Below the pieces are notes generated by a model that saw only the letters and a list, made by a program, of their open reading frames with translations, was not told the DNA's origin and ran no database searches. A DNA stretch of 59,100 nt, filler included. It is 4 parts of 4 records of this genome, joined end to end, with 100 filler letters (N's around TTAATTAATTAA, not from the genome) between each part and the next. Parts side by side here need not be neighbours in the genome. Positions count along the whole stretch, not along the records: positions 1 to 15,153 come from SRR20825006_685; 3 more parts are not named here. The stretch is one strand, 5' to 3'. Below are positions 1 through 8,910 of this stretch, one piece after another. The translations under genes and the position numbers were made by a program. The number at the start of each line of letters is the position of its first letter. The stretch's first letter is position 1.

Positions 1-223
1 TTTGTGGCAACAAAAACACATCTTGAAATTCTTACTCAGCCGGATAAAATGTGGTTAGCTACTTCCAAGTAGTTCAAGTCTCCAATTACTTCGTACAATG
101 AATTTATACTTACTCCATACATCAACTAAAAACATTACTGTGATGCTTCTTTCTAAAATAGATATAGCTTACAAATTGTTAAAGTGGTAAATAGTTGGAA
201 ATAGCAAAGACACTTCGAAAGGG

Positions 224-260
224 GCTTGGTTTCTGACCGAAAGGAACTTAGAAACCAAGC
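224..260. other. Hairpin / possible terminator inside the element
   Basis: Perfect 11-bp inverted repeat GCTTGGTTTCT(224-234)...AGAAACCAAGC(250-260), downstream of the minus-strand HTH gene. Confidence 0.45.
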
Positions 261-412
261 TTCCTTCTCCGCTTACTAAACCGGAAAGTGCCCTGGATTT
301 TGACAAAGGAAAAATTTCAGGGGGTCTTTTCCTGTTCGCCTTCCCGTCCTTTAGAAAATTTGTTTTCTTTTGATAAATTCTCGTGCTCCTCCATAGAAAA
401 GTCTCTATTTTA

Positions 413-715
413 CTACCACCTACTCGGTTTTACCAGTTTGGGGTTCTTACGAGCCAGCTCCAACAATTCCTTTTTGGAAAAGAAAACCGACCGTCCTATC
501 TGGAAATATGGCACCATACCCTTTTTCTTCCAGCTGATCAGACTGGTGACCGATATACCCAGAAATTTTGCCGCTTCTTTTTGGGTTAGCCTGTCCTCTT
601 CCGGGTTGGTACTGCCGATAGGTATCGTTTCTGTTTTTCGGATTTCTTCGACCACCATTCGGACTACTCTTTTCAAATCTTCCTTGTTGTGCGTGTAGAA
701 TAATACGTTTCCCAT
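413..715 (-). CDS. Helix-turn-helix (HTH_17/MerR-like) excisionase-type DNA-binding protein
   Basis: LTQKEAAKFLGISVTSLISWKKKGMVPYFQIGRSVFFSKKEL is a typical Xis-like HTH; ATG at 715 preferred over TTG at 721. Confidence 0.85.
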   Translation of the reverse strand: MGNVLFYTHNKEDLKRVVRMVVEEIRKTETIPIGSTNPEEDRLTQKEAAKFLGISVTSLISWKKKGMVPYFQIGRSVFFSKKELLELARKNPKLVKPSRW

Positions 716-861
716 CTTCAAACTTTTTTAAATTAAACTCTTGTTTCAACAGTTCAAAGTTGGAATAAAACTGCGCTGTATAATTGAGTGTTCGTTTAAT
801 CCATGCAGTAAAACCTTTGATATCGTAGCTTTAACGCACTTTAGGGTATTTCATTTTACTT

Positions 862-1671
862 TTAAGTGTTTCGTTTAAGTTTGCTTAAAAAGGTACGGAT
901 ATTAGGAGAATTTTTATAGTGAGTGGCAAACTTCATCTCGCTCGGAAGTTTTTCTACGGACTGTCCAAGCCCTGGATAAATGGCTTTTAATAACATGGCT
1001 ACATCGGAAAAGGGATTGGTAATAATCTCTTCCTTGCACAATACCCAAAAGAGTTCTATAAAGCTGGCCTTATCAAGTATCGGTGGCGGGGAAAAAGAAC
1101 CATTTATCCCCCGAAGCTTTTGTTGTCCCCGCTCCGGTTCAAAATTAGTGAATACAAAATGACGGATTTCATCCTGGTAATTATGGTTATAATATTCGCT
1201 TAGATAATTAAAAATATCCTTTTGTCCTATGGTTTCCTTGTTGTGGTAGCCTTGGGGTCTTAACTTAAGTTTGATCGAGGGATATACAGGTACCACCGGG
1301 TATACCATTTCAATGGAGCCTGTCTTGGTTGACAAATTTACTGCCGGATTATTCTCTTCCTTATAATCCACTACTTTCCAAGAGTCTTTTACCCGCTTAA
1401 CCTGTCTCTTTTTAATGTAAAAATACATAGCTGTGGCACTGACCAAAAGAATTAGTATGTAGGCTATGGTAAAAAAAGTACGGAAACTCCAATCATAGGA
1501 ATCATTCAGAAAAAAGCTAACTTCTAAAAAAGTAAACAATAAAAAAAGTATTGTAAAGAAGATAATGTACAGATTCCCAGAAAAGAAAGCCCTTATCTTA
1601 TTATAAAGCCTTCTTGCTGCATCATCCATTTTTATCATCAAAACACCGATATGTTCAAAAAAATTATTCAT
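862..1671 (-). CDS. Hypothetical protein with two N-terminal transmembrane helices and a soluble C-terminal domain
   Basis: 269-aa ORF overlapping the integrase stop (ATGA); two hydrophobic stretches LYIIFFTILFLLFTFLEVSFFL and FFTIAYILILLVSATAMYFYI. Confidence 0.75.
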   Translation of the reverse strand: MNNFFEHIGVLMIKMDDAARRLYNKIRAFFSGNLYIIFFTILFLLFTFLEVSFFLNDSYDWSFRTFFTIAYILILLVSATAMYFYIKKRQVKRVKDSWKVVDYKEENNPAVNLSTKTGSIEMVYPVVPVYPSIKLKLRPQGYHNKETIGQKDIFNYLSEYYNHNYQDEIRHFVFTNFEPERGQQKLRGINGSFSPPPILDKASFIELFWVLCKEEIITNPFSDVAMLLKAIYPGLGQSVEKLPSEMKFATHYKNSPNIRTFLSKLKRNT

Positions 1672-2906
1672 ATCTTATTCCAAGTGCTGTCCATTTCCTG
1701 CCTTTTAAAATCTTCAGCGATTTTTACATAACGCCTAAAGGAGCTTTCCTTTTTATGTCCAGTAATATTCCTGATCACTATTTCTTTCATCCCTAAAATT
1801 AAACTATTTGTTACAAATGTTTTACGAGCGGTATGACTCGTTATAAATTCATACTTGGGTGCGGTCTTATCTACCCGCCTTTGTCCGATATAGCGGGTAA
1901 TGGTTACCAGAATATTGATTTCGGCCTCTTTACAGCACTTTTTAATGTATTCATTAAATTTCTGTGAAGAAATTACCGGTAGTGGTTCATAAATGGTATC
2001 CTTGTATTTATCCAACAAAGCTTTTGAATAATTGTTCAGGGGTATAACCTGATCTATTGTCTTTGTTTTTTGGACATTAAGCCGGATATGGTCTTCTTGT
2101 ATGTTCGATGAACGTAATTGCTTGACATCGGAGAAGCGAAGTCCCGTAAAACAGCTAAAACAGTAAGTGTCGCGTACATGTTCTAATTTCTTTGAAGTAA
2201 ACTCATGCTGATATAAGGTCATGAGCTCTTCTATGGTAAGGAAGATCACTTCGATGGGATCTTCTTTCGCTTTGAATTTCTTGTATGCATGGTTATCATG
2301 ATATCCCCTATCCGATGCCCATGTCATGAACGTCTTTAAAATTTTAATGATACAGGCAAAATAACTATTGGTGTACTTTTTCTTTAGAAAAGTATATTCC
2401 TGTAGGTTTTCAAAAAAGGTTTGATTGATAGTATCAAAATACAAAGCATAACCGGTATTTTTCTCAAAAGTTTTAAAAAAATTAGAGATGGTTACGTAAG
2501 ATTTAATAGTCCTTTCTACTTTGGTAGCTTTACTTTTTTCAATAAACTCGACAAAAGAAGGCCAAAACTCATGGCTTAAACGGGTAGCACTTAGATTGGT
2601 ATCGAGCTTTTCCAATATAAATTCTTTAGAGGAAGTAATTTCATTTAAAAGGATGTACCTGAATAATTTTTTGAGATCTGTTTCAAGTTCGTCTATCTTC
2701 TTATTATACTCTATATGGTAATTATAGGCTTCCCCTTTTCTTGGTGGCCGGATACGTTGGTTATCCTCCATCCATTGGGAAAGCGAACATTTTACCCCTT
2801 TAACTTGTTTACGGATACGCTGCCCATCTACAGTAATACTATAATAAACTGGTGAAAGACCACTTTTATCAATCTTGTTCTTAACAACATAAAAAGAAAC
2901 TTGCAT
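1668..2906 (-). CDS. Tyrosine recombinase / site-specific integrase (Bacteroidetes type: arm-binding, SAM-like and catalytic domains)
   Basis: Catalytic residues intact: GLRFSD (R), QKTK (K), HTARKT (HxxR), TGHK (H), RRYVK (Y); N-terminal SPVYYSITVDGQRIR arm-binding-like segment. Confidence 0.95.
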   Translation of the reverse strand: MQVSFYVVKNKIDKSGLSPVYYSITVDGQRIRKQVKGVKCSLSQWMEDNQRIRPPRKGEAYNYHIEYNKKIDELETDLKKLFRYILLNEITSSKEFILEKLDTNLSATRLSHEFWPSFVEFIEKSKATKVERTIKSYVTISNFFKTFEKNTGYALYFDTINQTFFENLQEYTFLKKKYTNSYFACIIKILKTFMTWASDRGYHDNHAYKKFKAKEDPIEVIFLTIEELMTLYQHEFTSKKLEHVRDTYCFSCFTGLRFSDVKQLRSSNIQEDHIRLNVQKTKTIDQVIPLNNYSKALLDKYKDTIYEPLPVISSQKFNEYIKKCCKEAEINILVTITRYIGQRRVDKTAPKYEFITSHTARKTFVTNSLILGMKEIVIRNITGHKKESSFRRYVKIAEDFKRQEMDSTWNKI

Positions 2907-2928
2907 AATATTACTAATGGATTTAATT

Positions 2929-2960
2929 GGACAAAAGAGGTGACAAAAAAGGTGACAAAA
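2929..2960 (+). repeat. Tandem direct repeats, putative integrase arm-type binding sites
   Basis: GGACAAAA (2929), GGTGACAAAA (2939), GGTGACAAAA (2951) between the int start and the att-like core. Confidence 0.6.
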
Positions 2961-3068
2961 TTTTTAAAAAACTTAAAAAAAATAGGTTTAAGTAAATTTC
3001 ACATACACCAAATATAGTGATTTATAAGGGGTTACAGGAGGTATAAAATAAGAAAAGTTCTATAGTAC

Positions 3069-3084
3069 TCCCGCCTCGAGTACA
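3069..3084 (+). other. Putative att core: duplicated 3' end of a tRNA (probably tRNA-Leu)
   Basis: TCCCGCCTCGAGTACA matches my recollection of flavobacterial tRNA-Leu 3' ends (T-arm/acceptor); no 5' tRNA half upstream; a terminator follows immediately. Confidence 0.7.
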
Positions 3085-3122
3085 AAAACCCTTGTTAATC
3101 ATTTGATTTTCAAGGGTTTTTT
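3084..3122. terminator. Rho-independent terminator (likely bidirectional: former tRNA and rodA)
   Basis: AAAAACCCTTG...CAAGGGTTTTTT stem-loop with A/T tails on both sides. Confidence 0.75.
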
Positions 3123-3191
3123 ATTTTTATAGACTTTTATTGTACGCTTATTTTGGATCATTCCCAATTGTTGTGTTCATGCAAAATTAAC

Positions 3192-4472
3192 CTACATCCA
3201 CTCGTTAATTCTATTAGCGTCTAGTTTCAAAAAGATAAATAAAAGCACGGTAAATCCTAGCAGACCTGACCCTCCATAGCTAAAAAACGGCAATGGAATT
3301 CCTACAGTAGGCAACAAACCAATTACCATTCCTACATTAATTGCAAAGTGAAAAAAGATGATAGATGCTACAGAATAACCATATATTCTGCTGAAAGCAG
3401 ATTTTTGGCGTTCTGCCAAAAACAACAACCTTAAAATAAGCATCGAAAACAATAGAATAACTGCAGATGTTCCTACAAAACCCCACTCTTCTCCAACTGT
3501 ACTAAAAATATAATCGGTATGTTGTTCTGGGACAAAGTTTCCTTTGGTTCTTGTTCCTTCTAAAAATCCTTTCCCCATAAAACCTCCAGAACCAATAGCA
3601 GATTCTGATTGATAGGTATTATACCCAATAGTTTTTCTAATCTGATTAAGTTTCAGAGGATCGTCTTCTAGTCGTAACCACAAACTAAAACGGTCTCTGT
3701 GTCGTTGCTCAAAAACACTATTGTATATAAAATTAACAGAATACGAAAAAGCAGTAGCTATAATTAAAATAATTGTTAGCTGAGGAATAGATACTTTTTT
3801 CTTTTTCTTTTTAGAGAAATAATAAACCAACCCTAACAACAATGCACAACCCAAAAACACCCAGATAGTACCATAAAGTAGCGTGGACACAAATAAAACA
3901 ACAACAAACAATCCCACTAAAAGATACATTGGATGTAACCCTTCTCGATACAATACAAAAAAGAAAGCAGCATAGACTAATGCACTTCCAGGATCTGGCT
4001 GCGGAATGATAAGTAATGCTGGTAAACTTATAATAATAAAAGCTCTAAATAAGTCTTTAGGATTCTGAATATCGGTTTGTATATCACTTAAAAATTTAGC
4101 CAATGCCAAAGCTGTTGCAGCTTTAGCAAACTCAGACGGCTGAAGCGTCATCCCTCCAATTGCATACCAAGAAGTTGCTCCATTTACATTTTTCCCAAAA
4201 ACATAGAGCCCTAATAAAGATAGCAACGAAACCAAATAAATAATACTAGAAAACCGTTCGTAAAATTTAGCTTCTACAGATAAAATAAGGACAATGAGGA
4301 CGCAGCTTACAATTATAAACACTAATTGCTTCCCATAATAAGTTTCAGCATTTAAAACACTCCCTAACTCCCCAGTAAAAGAAGCGGAATAAATATTTAA
4401 CCAACCAATAAAAACCAATAATGCATACAGCAGAATACTAAACCAGTCTACTTTTTTTAAAAAATCACTCAT
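3192..4472 (-). CDS. rodA: Rod shape-determining protein RodA (SEDS glycosyltransferase)
   Basis: Polytopic membrane protein with QPSEFAK, QPDPGS, PEQHTDYIF, GIPLPFFSYGGS motifs; follows mrdA. Confidence 0.97.
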   Translation of the reverse strand: MSDFLKKVDWFSILLYALLVFIGWLNIYSASFTGELGSVLNAETYYGKQLVFIIVSCVLIVLILSVEAKFYERFSSIIYLVSLLSLLGLYVFGKNVNGATSWYAIGGMTLQPSEFAKAATALALAKFLSDIQTDIQNPKDLFRAFIIISLPALLIIPQPDPGSALVYAAFFFVLYREGLHPMYLLVGLFVVVLFVSTLLYGTIWVFLGCALLLGLVYYFSKKKKKKVSIPQLTIILIIATAFSYSVNFIYNSVFEQRHRDRFSLWLRLEDDPLKLNQIRKTIGYNTYQSESAIGSGGFMGKGFLEGTRTKGNFVPEQHTDYIFSTVGEEWGFVGTSAVILLFSMLILRLLFLAERQKSAFSRIYGYSVASIIFFHFAINVGMVIGLLPTVGIPLPFFSYGGSGLLGFTVLLFIFLKLDANRINEWM

Positions 4473-6401
4473 TTAAGGCAAAGGTTTTTTAGTAGGTTGC
4501 TTTATAACTTCTTTTTCTGGCCATTTAACAAATGTTTTTCCATCGTTTATCCTAAACGATTCTCCACTTAGTGGCTTAGCATATTCTTCTTCCAAACTAC
4601 CTTTTAAAAGATAATTCTCCATATCTGTTCTGGTAATTTCGCCTTTTACATATTTTTCTATCATTAAACTAGCAATTCTACCAGCCCATCTACTCCCCCA
4701 ATATCCATTTTCAACAAAAACAGCTATAGCTATTTTAGGATCTTCTACTGGTGCAAAAGCTACAAATATAGAATGGTCTGTGAGCTGTACTCTTTCTCCT
4801 TCTATTTTTGTAAAATTCTCCGCAGTCCCTGTTTTTCCAGCAATATTAATCCCTGGAATTCTAAGCAAGCTTGCTGTTCCCTTATTATAAACATCATACA
4901 TCCCCTGCACTACAGGCTCAAAATTTTTAGTATCAATTGTGGTTTGATGTTTTTCTAAAAATTTATTTGGTATGGTATCATTTTCTATTTCTTTGATAAT
5001 ATGTGGCGTATAATAATACCCTCTATTTGCAATAGTAGCCGTTAAATTTGCTAACTGAATTGGGGTAGACAAAACCTCCCCTTGTCCAATAGCGTTAGAC
5101 AATGTATTTGTTGCAAACCATCGTCTTTCTCCATATACGCTGTTATAATAATCTGCATCTGGAATTTTACCAGATTGACCCGTTGGAAGATCATATCCTA
5201 GATAATTTCCTAATCCAAAACTTTCTACATGCTTCTCCCAAGCATTCATCCCTTCTGCAGAAGTAGGATACTTCTCAATAATTCGCCTGTATGTATTTGC
5301 AAAATAAGCATTACAAGATGCTTCAATTCCTCTTCTTAAGTTGTTTCGTGTTCCAGATGGGCAGTGGCAGCCCATAAACGAATTTCTTCCATAGCGATAC
5401 CCATGGTAACAGGTAAAAGTTGTACTCTCATCTATAACTCCTTCTTGCAAGCCAATTAAAGCATTCACTGTTTTAAATGGAGAACCGGGCGGATACATAG
5501 CATTCAAACCTCGGTCGTACAAGGGTTTCGCAATGGAGTCGTAATACAGCTCTGTATAATTTTTTGACCTCTTCCTCCCTACTAACAAGTCTGGATCATA
5601 ACTAGGCGCAGAAACCAAAGCCAATATTTCTCCCGTTTTAGGATCCAAAGCCACTATCCCTCCACGCTTATGAATCATTAATTTTTCTCCATATTTCTGA
5701 AGCTCATTATCCAACGTCAAAACGATATCCTTTCCAGGAACAGGGAGCGTATCAAAAACACCATCTTTATAAGGACCAATAACTCTATTAAAACGATCTT
5801 TCTGAATAAACTTCACCCCTTTTCTTCCTCGCAAAACATTTTCATACTCTTCTTCCACACCTTGCCTACCTATTAACTCCCCAGATTGGTAATAAGAATA
5901 TTTTTTTAAATCACGGTTATTCACTTCGCTTATATACCCTAAAACATTAGCCCCTACATGTGTCATATAGTGTCTTAAAGATCGTTTCTGAATATAAAAA
6001 CCTTCATATTTACGCATTTTTTCTTGCAAAATAGCATACTCCTTTTTAGAAAGCTGCGGTACAAATACTGAAGGAAGTCTAGGAGAATAAATTCTTGCTT
6101 TCTTATATTTTTTTTCAAACTCTTCTTTGGTAATATTAAGCAAAGCGCAAAACTCTAGAGTATCAAGCGGCTTCACTTCTCTTGGAATAACCATTACATC
6201 ATAAGAAGGTTGATTAGCCACCAATAACTCCCCATTTCTATCATAAATATGCCCTCTTTCTGGGTAATCATAAACTGCATTAATTGCAGTATCATTTAAT
6301 GGATTTTTATTGGTATTATCTAACAATTGCAAATAAGAAAGCCTCCCTATATAAACAATAGCGATGATAATAATAATAGATGCTAAAAGAAGTTTTCTCA
6401 T
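4473..6401 (-). CDS. mrdA: Penicillin-binding protein 2
   Basis: PERGHIYDRNG, SPFK (SxxK), SCN (SxN), KTGT motifs; in the mre operon. Confidence 0.97.
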   Translation of the reverse strand: MRKLLLASIIIIIAIVYIGRLSYLQLLDNTNKNPLNDTAINAVYDYPERGHIYDRNGELLVANQPSYDVMVIPREVKPLDTLEFCALLNITKEEFEKKYKKARIYSPRLPSVFVPQLSKKEYAILQEKMRKYEGFYIQKRSLRHYMTHVGANVLGYISEVNNRDLKKYSYYQSGELIGRQGVEEEYENVLRGRKGVKFIQKDRFNRVIGPYKDGVFDTLPVPGKDIVLTLDNELQKYGEKLMIHKRGGIVALDPKTGEILALVSAPSYDPDLLVGRKRSKNYTELYYDSIAKPLYDRGLNAMYPPGSPFKTVNALIGLQEGVIDESTTFTCYHGYRYGRNSFMGCHCPSGTRNNLRRGIEASCNAYFANTYRRIIEKYPTSAEGMNAWEKHVESFGLGNYLGYDLPTGQSGKIPDADYYNSVYGERRWFATNTLSNAIGQGEVLSTPIQLANLTATIANRGYYYTPHIIKEIENDTIPNKFLEKHQTTIDTKNFEPVVQGMYDVYNKGTASLLRIPGINIAGKTGTAENFTKIEGERVQLTDHSIFVAFAPVEDPKIAIAVFVENGYWGSRWAGRIASLMIEKYVKGEITRTDMENYLLKGSLEEEYAKPLSGESFRINDGKTFVKWPEKEVIKQPTKKPLP

Positions 6402-6907
6402 GTACTTTTTCTACTAAAGAGTGAGATAAAGATTAAACACATAATTAAGGTGAATATTGCAGAAAATAAGGTTTTTTTTAGAATCAGCAATATATGTGCA
6501 AAACTAAATATCTCTAAACTGAAAAGTACAAAATGGTGTGTTAAAATTAAGATAATGAGATAATTAATACGCTGACCAAAATATGTTTTTTCAATCTTTA
6601 TATTATGATAATCATAACTTACCCCAAAAACAGACCGCATCATTAACGGTCTAAAATAGGCTACAAAAACACATGCAGCTGCATGCACGCCACCACTATC
6701 ACTAAACATATCTATTGCTAACCCTAAAAGAAAAGCTGAAAAAATAAATAAAATCCTATTGTCTTTATCAAAAGGAAATAGAATGATAAAAAGTAGATAG
6801 ATATACGGATTTAAATAACCTAAAAAGTTAATATTACTAAAAATAACCACCTGTAAAATTACAAGCGCCACAAATCGAAGTATGGTTACAAAAGCTGTAT
6901 TATTCAT
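6398..6907 (-). CDS. mreD: Rod shape-determining protein MreD
   Basis: Hydrophobic protein with FLLGLAIDMFSDSGGVHA, between mreC and mrdA; ATG at 6907 preferred. Confidence 0.92.
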   Translation of the reverse strand: MNNTAFVTILRFVALVILQVVIFSNINFLGYLNPYIYLLFIILFPFDKDNRILFIFSAFLLGLAIDMFSDSGGVHAAACVFVAYFRPLMMRSVFGVSYDYHNIKIEKTYFGQRINYLIILILTHHFVLFSLEIFSFAHILLILKKTLFSAIFTLIMCLIFISLFSRKST

Positions 6908-7721
6908 CGATAGAAGCTTCAAGGGTTAAAATCTCATCCCTGTTCAGGTTTTCAATAACATAAACATGGTCTAACGTGGTCATATCGTTAAACAATTTTA
7001 CATCTATTAAATAATAATTTTGAGAAACATCCAAATCAAAATTTTCTATGGTTCCAATAGGTATTCCTTTGGGGAAAATACTTGACATTCCGCCAGTTAT
7101 TACGGTATCTCCTTTCTTAATGGCAGCAGACCGCAAAATATCGACTAACTGAACAGTTTTAAAGTCTTCTCCATTCCATTTTAAGGATCCAAAATTATTA
7201 GTATTCTTTATAGATGCATTTATTTCTGAAAGCGAATTTAATACCGATTGTACATTTGCATAATTGCTAGAATTGTTCTCTATAATCCCAACAATTCCTT
7301 TGGAAGTAATTACCCCCATATCTTGCTTTACACTATCATTTCTCCCTTTATTTATAAGCAAATAATTACGCCTTTTATTAAAGCTATTTTTTATAATTGA
7401 AGCATTGTACAAATTATAATTTGTAAATAAAGAATCAGAAGAAAATGTAGAATCTATTGCATTATCTTCAATATTTAAAAGCTGCTTACGCAAGCGCAAG
7501 TTTTCTTCTACTAATTGCTTGTTGTACTCTTTTAAATGAAAGTAATCTGAGATATTATTAGAATTACTATATACTTTTCCAGATACCCAATTTGCCGAGT
7601 TTACAAACTTAGTTTTTTGATATGAATGTGACTGAAAAGTAAAAAATAGCGACAAGCCAAAAAGCAATAGAAAGGTAATAAAGGTCTTATTCCTTATTAA
7701 AAAATTGACAATTTGTTGCAT
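6900..7721 (-). CDS. mreC: Rod shape-determining protein MreC
   Basis: N-terminal TM, coiled coil (LVEENLRLR), INKGRNDSV, GDTVITGGMSSIFPKGIPIG. Confidence 0.95.
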   Translation of the reverse strand: MQQIVNFLIRNKTFITFLLLFGLSLFFTFQSHSYQKTKFVNSANWVSGKVYSNSNNISDYFHLKEYNKQLVEENLRLRKQLLNIEDNAIDSTFSSDSLFTNYNLYNASIIKNSFNKRRNYLLINKGRNDSVKQDMGVITSKGIVGIIENNSSNYANVQSVLNSLSEINASIKNTNNFGSLKWNGEDFKTVQLVDILRSAAIKKGDTVITGGMSSIFPKGIPIGTIENFDLDVSQNYYLIDVKLFNDMTTLDHVYVIENLNRDEILTLEASIDE

Positions 7722-7730
7722 TCACTAATT

Positions 7731-8759
7731 CTATTTTATTAAGATTGGTTTATACTTCTCTAGATTTTTTAAAGCTATCCCCGTACCTCTTACTACCGCT
7801 CTTAATGGATCTTCGGCAATATAAACAGGAAGATCTGTTTTTTGCGAAATACGCTTATCAAGACCTCTAAGCATAGAACCTCCTCCTGCAAGATAAATTC
7901 CTGTATTGTAAATATCGGCAGCTAATTCTGGTGGCGTTTGAGATAGGGTTTCCATTACCGCATCTTCAATTCTTAAAATCGATTTATCCAGAGCTTTAGC
8001 AATCTCTCTATATGAAATTTGCACTTGTTTAGGTTTCCCTGTTAAAAGGTCACGCCCTTGAACACTCATTTCTTCTGGCGGAATTTCAAGATCTTCGGTA
8101 GCAGCTCCAATAGCTATTTTTATATTTTCTGCAGTAGTTTCTCCAACATATAAGTTATGCTGAGTCCGCATATAATAAATAATATCGTTTGTAAATACAT
8201 CTCCAGCAATTTTTACAGATTTATCACAAACAATCCCTCCTAAAGCAATTACTGCAATTTCGGTAGTTCCTCCACCTATATCAACAATCATATTTCCTTT
8301 AGGCTGCATAATATCCAATCCAATTCCAATAGCAGCAGCCATTGGCTCATGAATTAAATATACCTCTTTTCCATTAACACGCTCAGCAGATTCTTTTACC
8401 GCACGCATTTCTACTTCTGTTATTCCTGATGGAATACAAATAACCATTTTCAATGTAGGCTGAAAAAAACGTTTTTTTAATGCTGGAATTCCTTTAATGA
8501 ACATATTGATCATTTTTTCGGAAGCATCAAAATCGGCAATTACACCATCTTTTAAAGGCCTTATTGTTTTTATATTTTCATGGGTTTTTCCTTGCATCAT
8601 GCTGGCTTCCTTACCAACTGCAATAATTTTTCCAGTCATTCTGTCTCTGGCCACAATAGAAGGACTATCCACAACCACTTTGTCGTTATGAATAATTAGC
8701 GTATTTGCTGTTCCTAAATCTATAGCAATTTCTTCGGTCAAGAAGTCAAAAAATCCCAT
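7731..8759 (-). CDS. mreB: Actin-like rod shape-determining protein MreB
   Basis: IAIDLGTANT, EPMAAAIG, DIGGGTTE, LAGGGSMLRGLD. Confidence 0.98.
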   Translation of the reverse strand: MGFFDFLTEEIAIDLGTANTLIIHNDKVVVDSPSIVARDRMTGKIIAVGKEASMMQGKTHENIKTIRPLKDGVIADFDASEKMINMFIKGIPALKKRFFQPTLKMVICIPSGITEVEMRAVKESAERVNGKEVYLIHEPMAAAIGIGLDIMQPKGNMIVDIGGGTTEIAVIALGGIVCDKSVKIAGDVFTNDIIYYMRTQHNLYVGETTAENIKIAIGAATEDLEIPPEEMSVQGRDLLTGKPKQVQISYREIAKALDKSILRIEDAVMETLSQTPPELAADIYNTGIYLAGGGSMLRGLDKRISQKTDLPVYIAEDPLRAVVRGTGIALKNLEKYKPILIK

Positions 8760-8850
8760 GAATTCTTCTGATATTAATCTGGTTATTTCCGCAAAGTGCG
8801 ACTAAAATATACCGAATATTTATTTCGGTATTTATTTGTTTATTTTATTC

Positions 8851-8880
8851 ATAACCTCGCAAATTACTTTGCGAGGTTAT
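8851..8880 (-). terminator. Stem-loop after purH
   Basis: Perfect 13-bp inverted repeat ATAACCTCGCAAA-TTAC-TTTGCGAGGTTAT. Confidence 0.6.
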
Positions 8881-8910
8881 TTCTGTTTTAATTCTTTCAA
8901 ATGTAATGAA

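Larger units (their letters stand above)
1..3084 (-). mobile_element. Right end of an integrative element (tyrosine integrase + hypothetical + HTH excisionase-like gene); left end lies outside the window
   Basis: Integrase next to a tRNA-3'-like fragment (3069-3084) and tandem GGTGACAAAA repeats; housekeeping genes begin right after 3190. Confidence 0.8.

Noticed and set aside
275-394. 39-aa minus-strand ORF MEEHENLSKENK... downstream of the HTH gene
   Set aside because: Short, no recognisable motif; cannot be supported from sequence alone
288-749. ORFs 288-698(+), 383-589(+), 447-749(-)
   Set aside because: Shadow frames of the HTH excisionase gene, with no motifs
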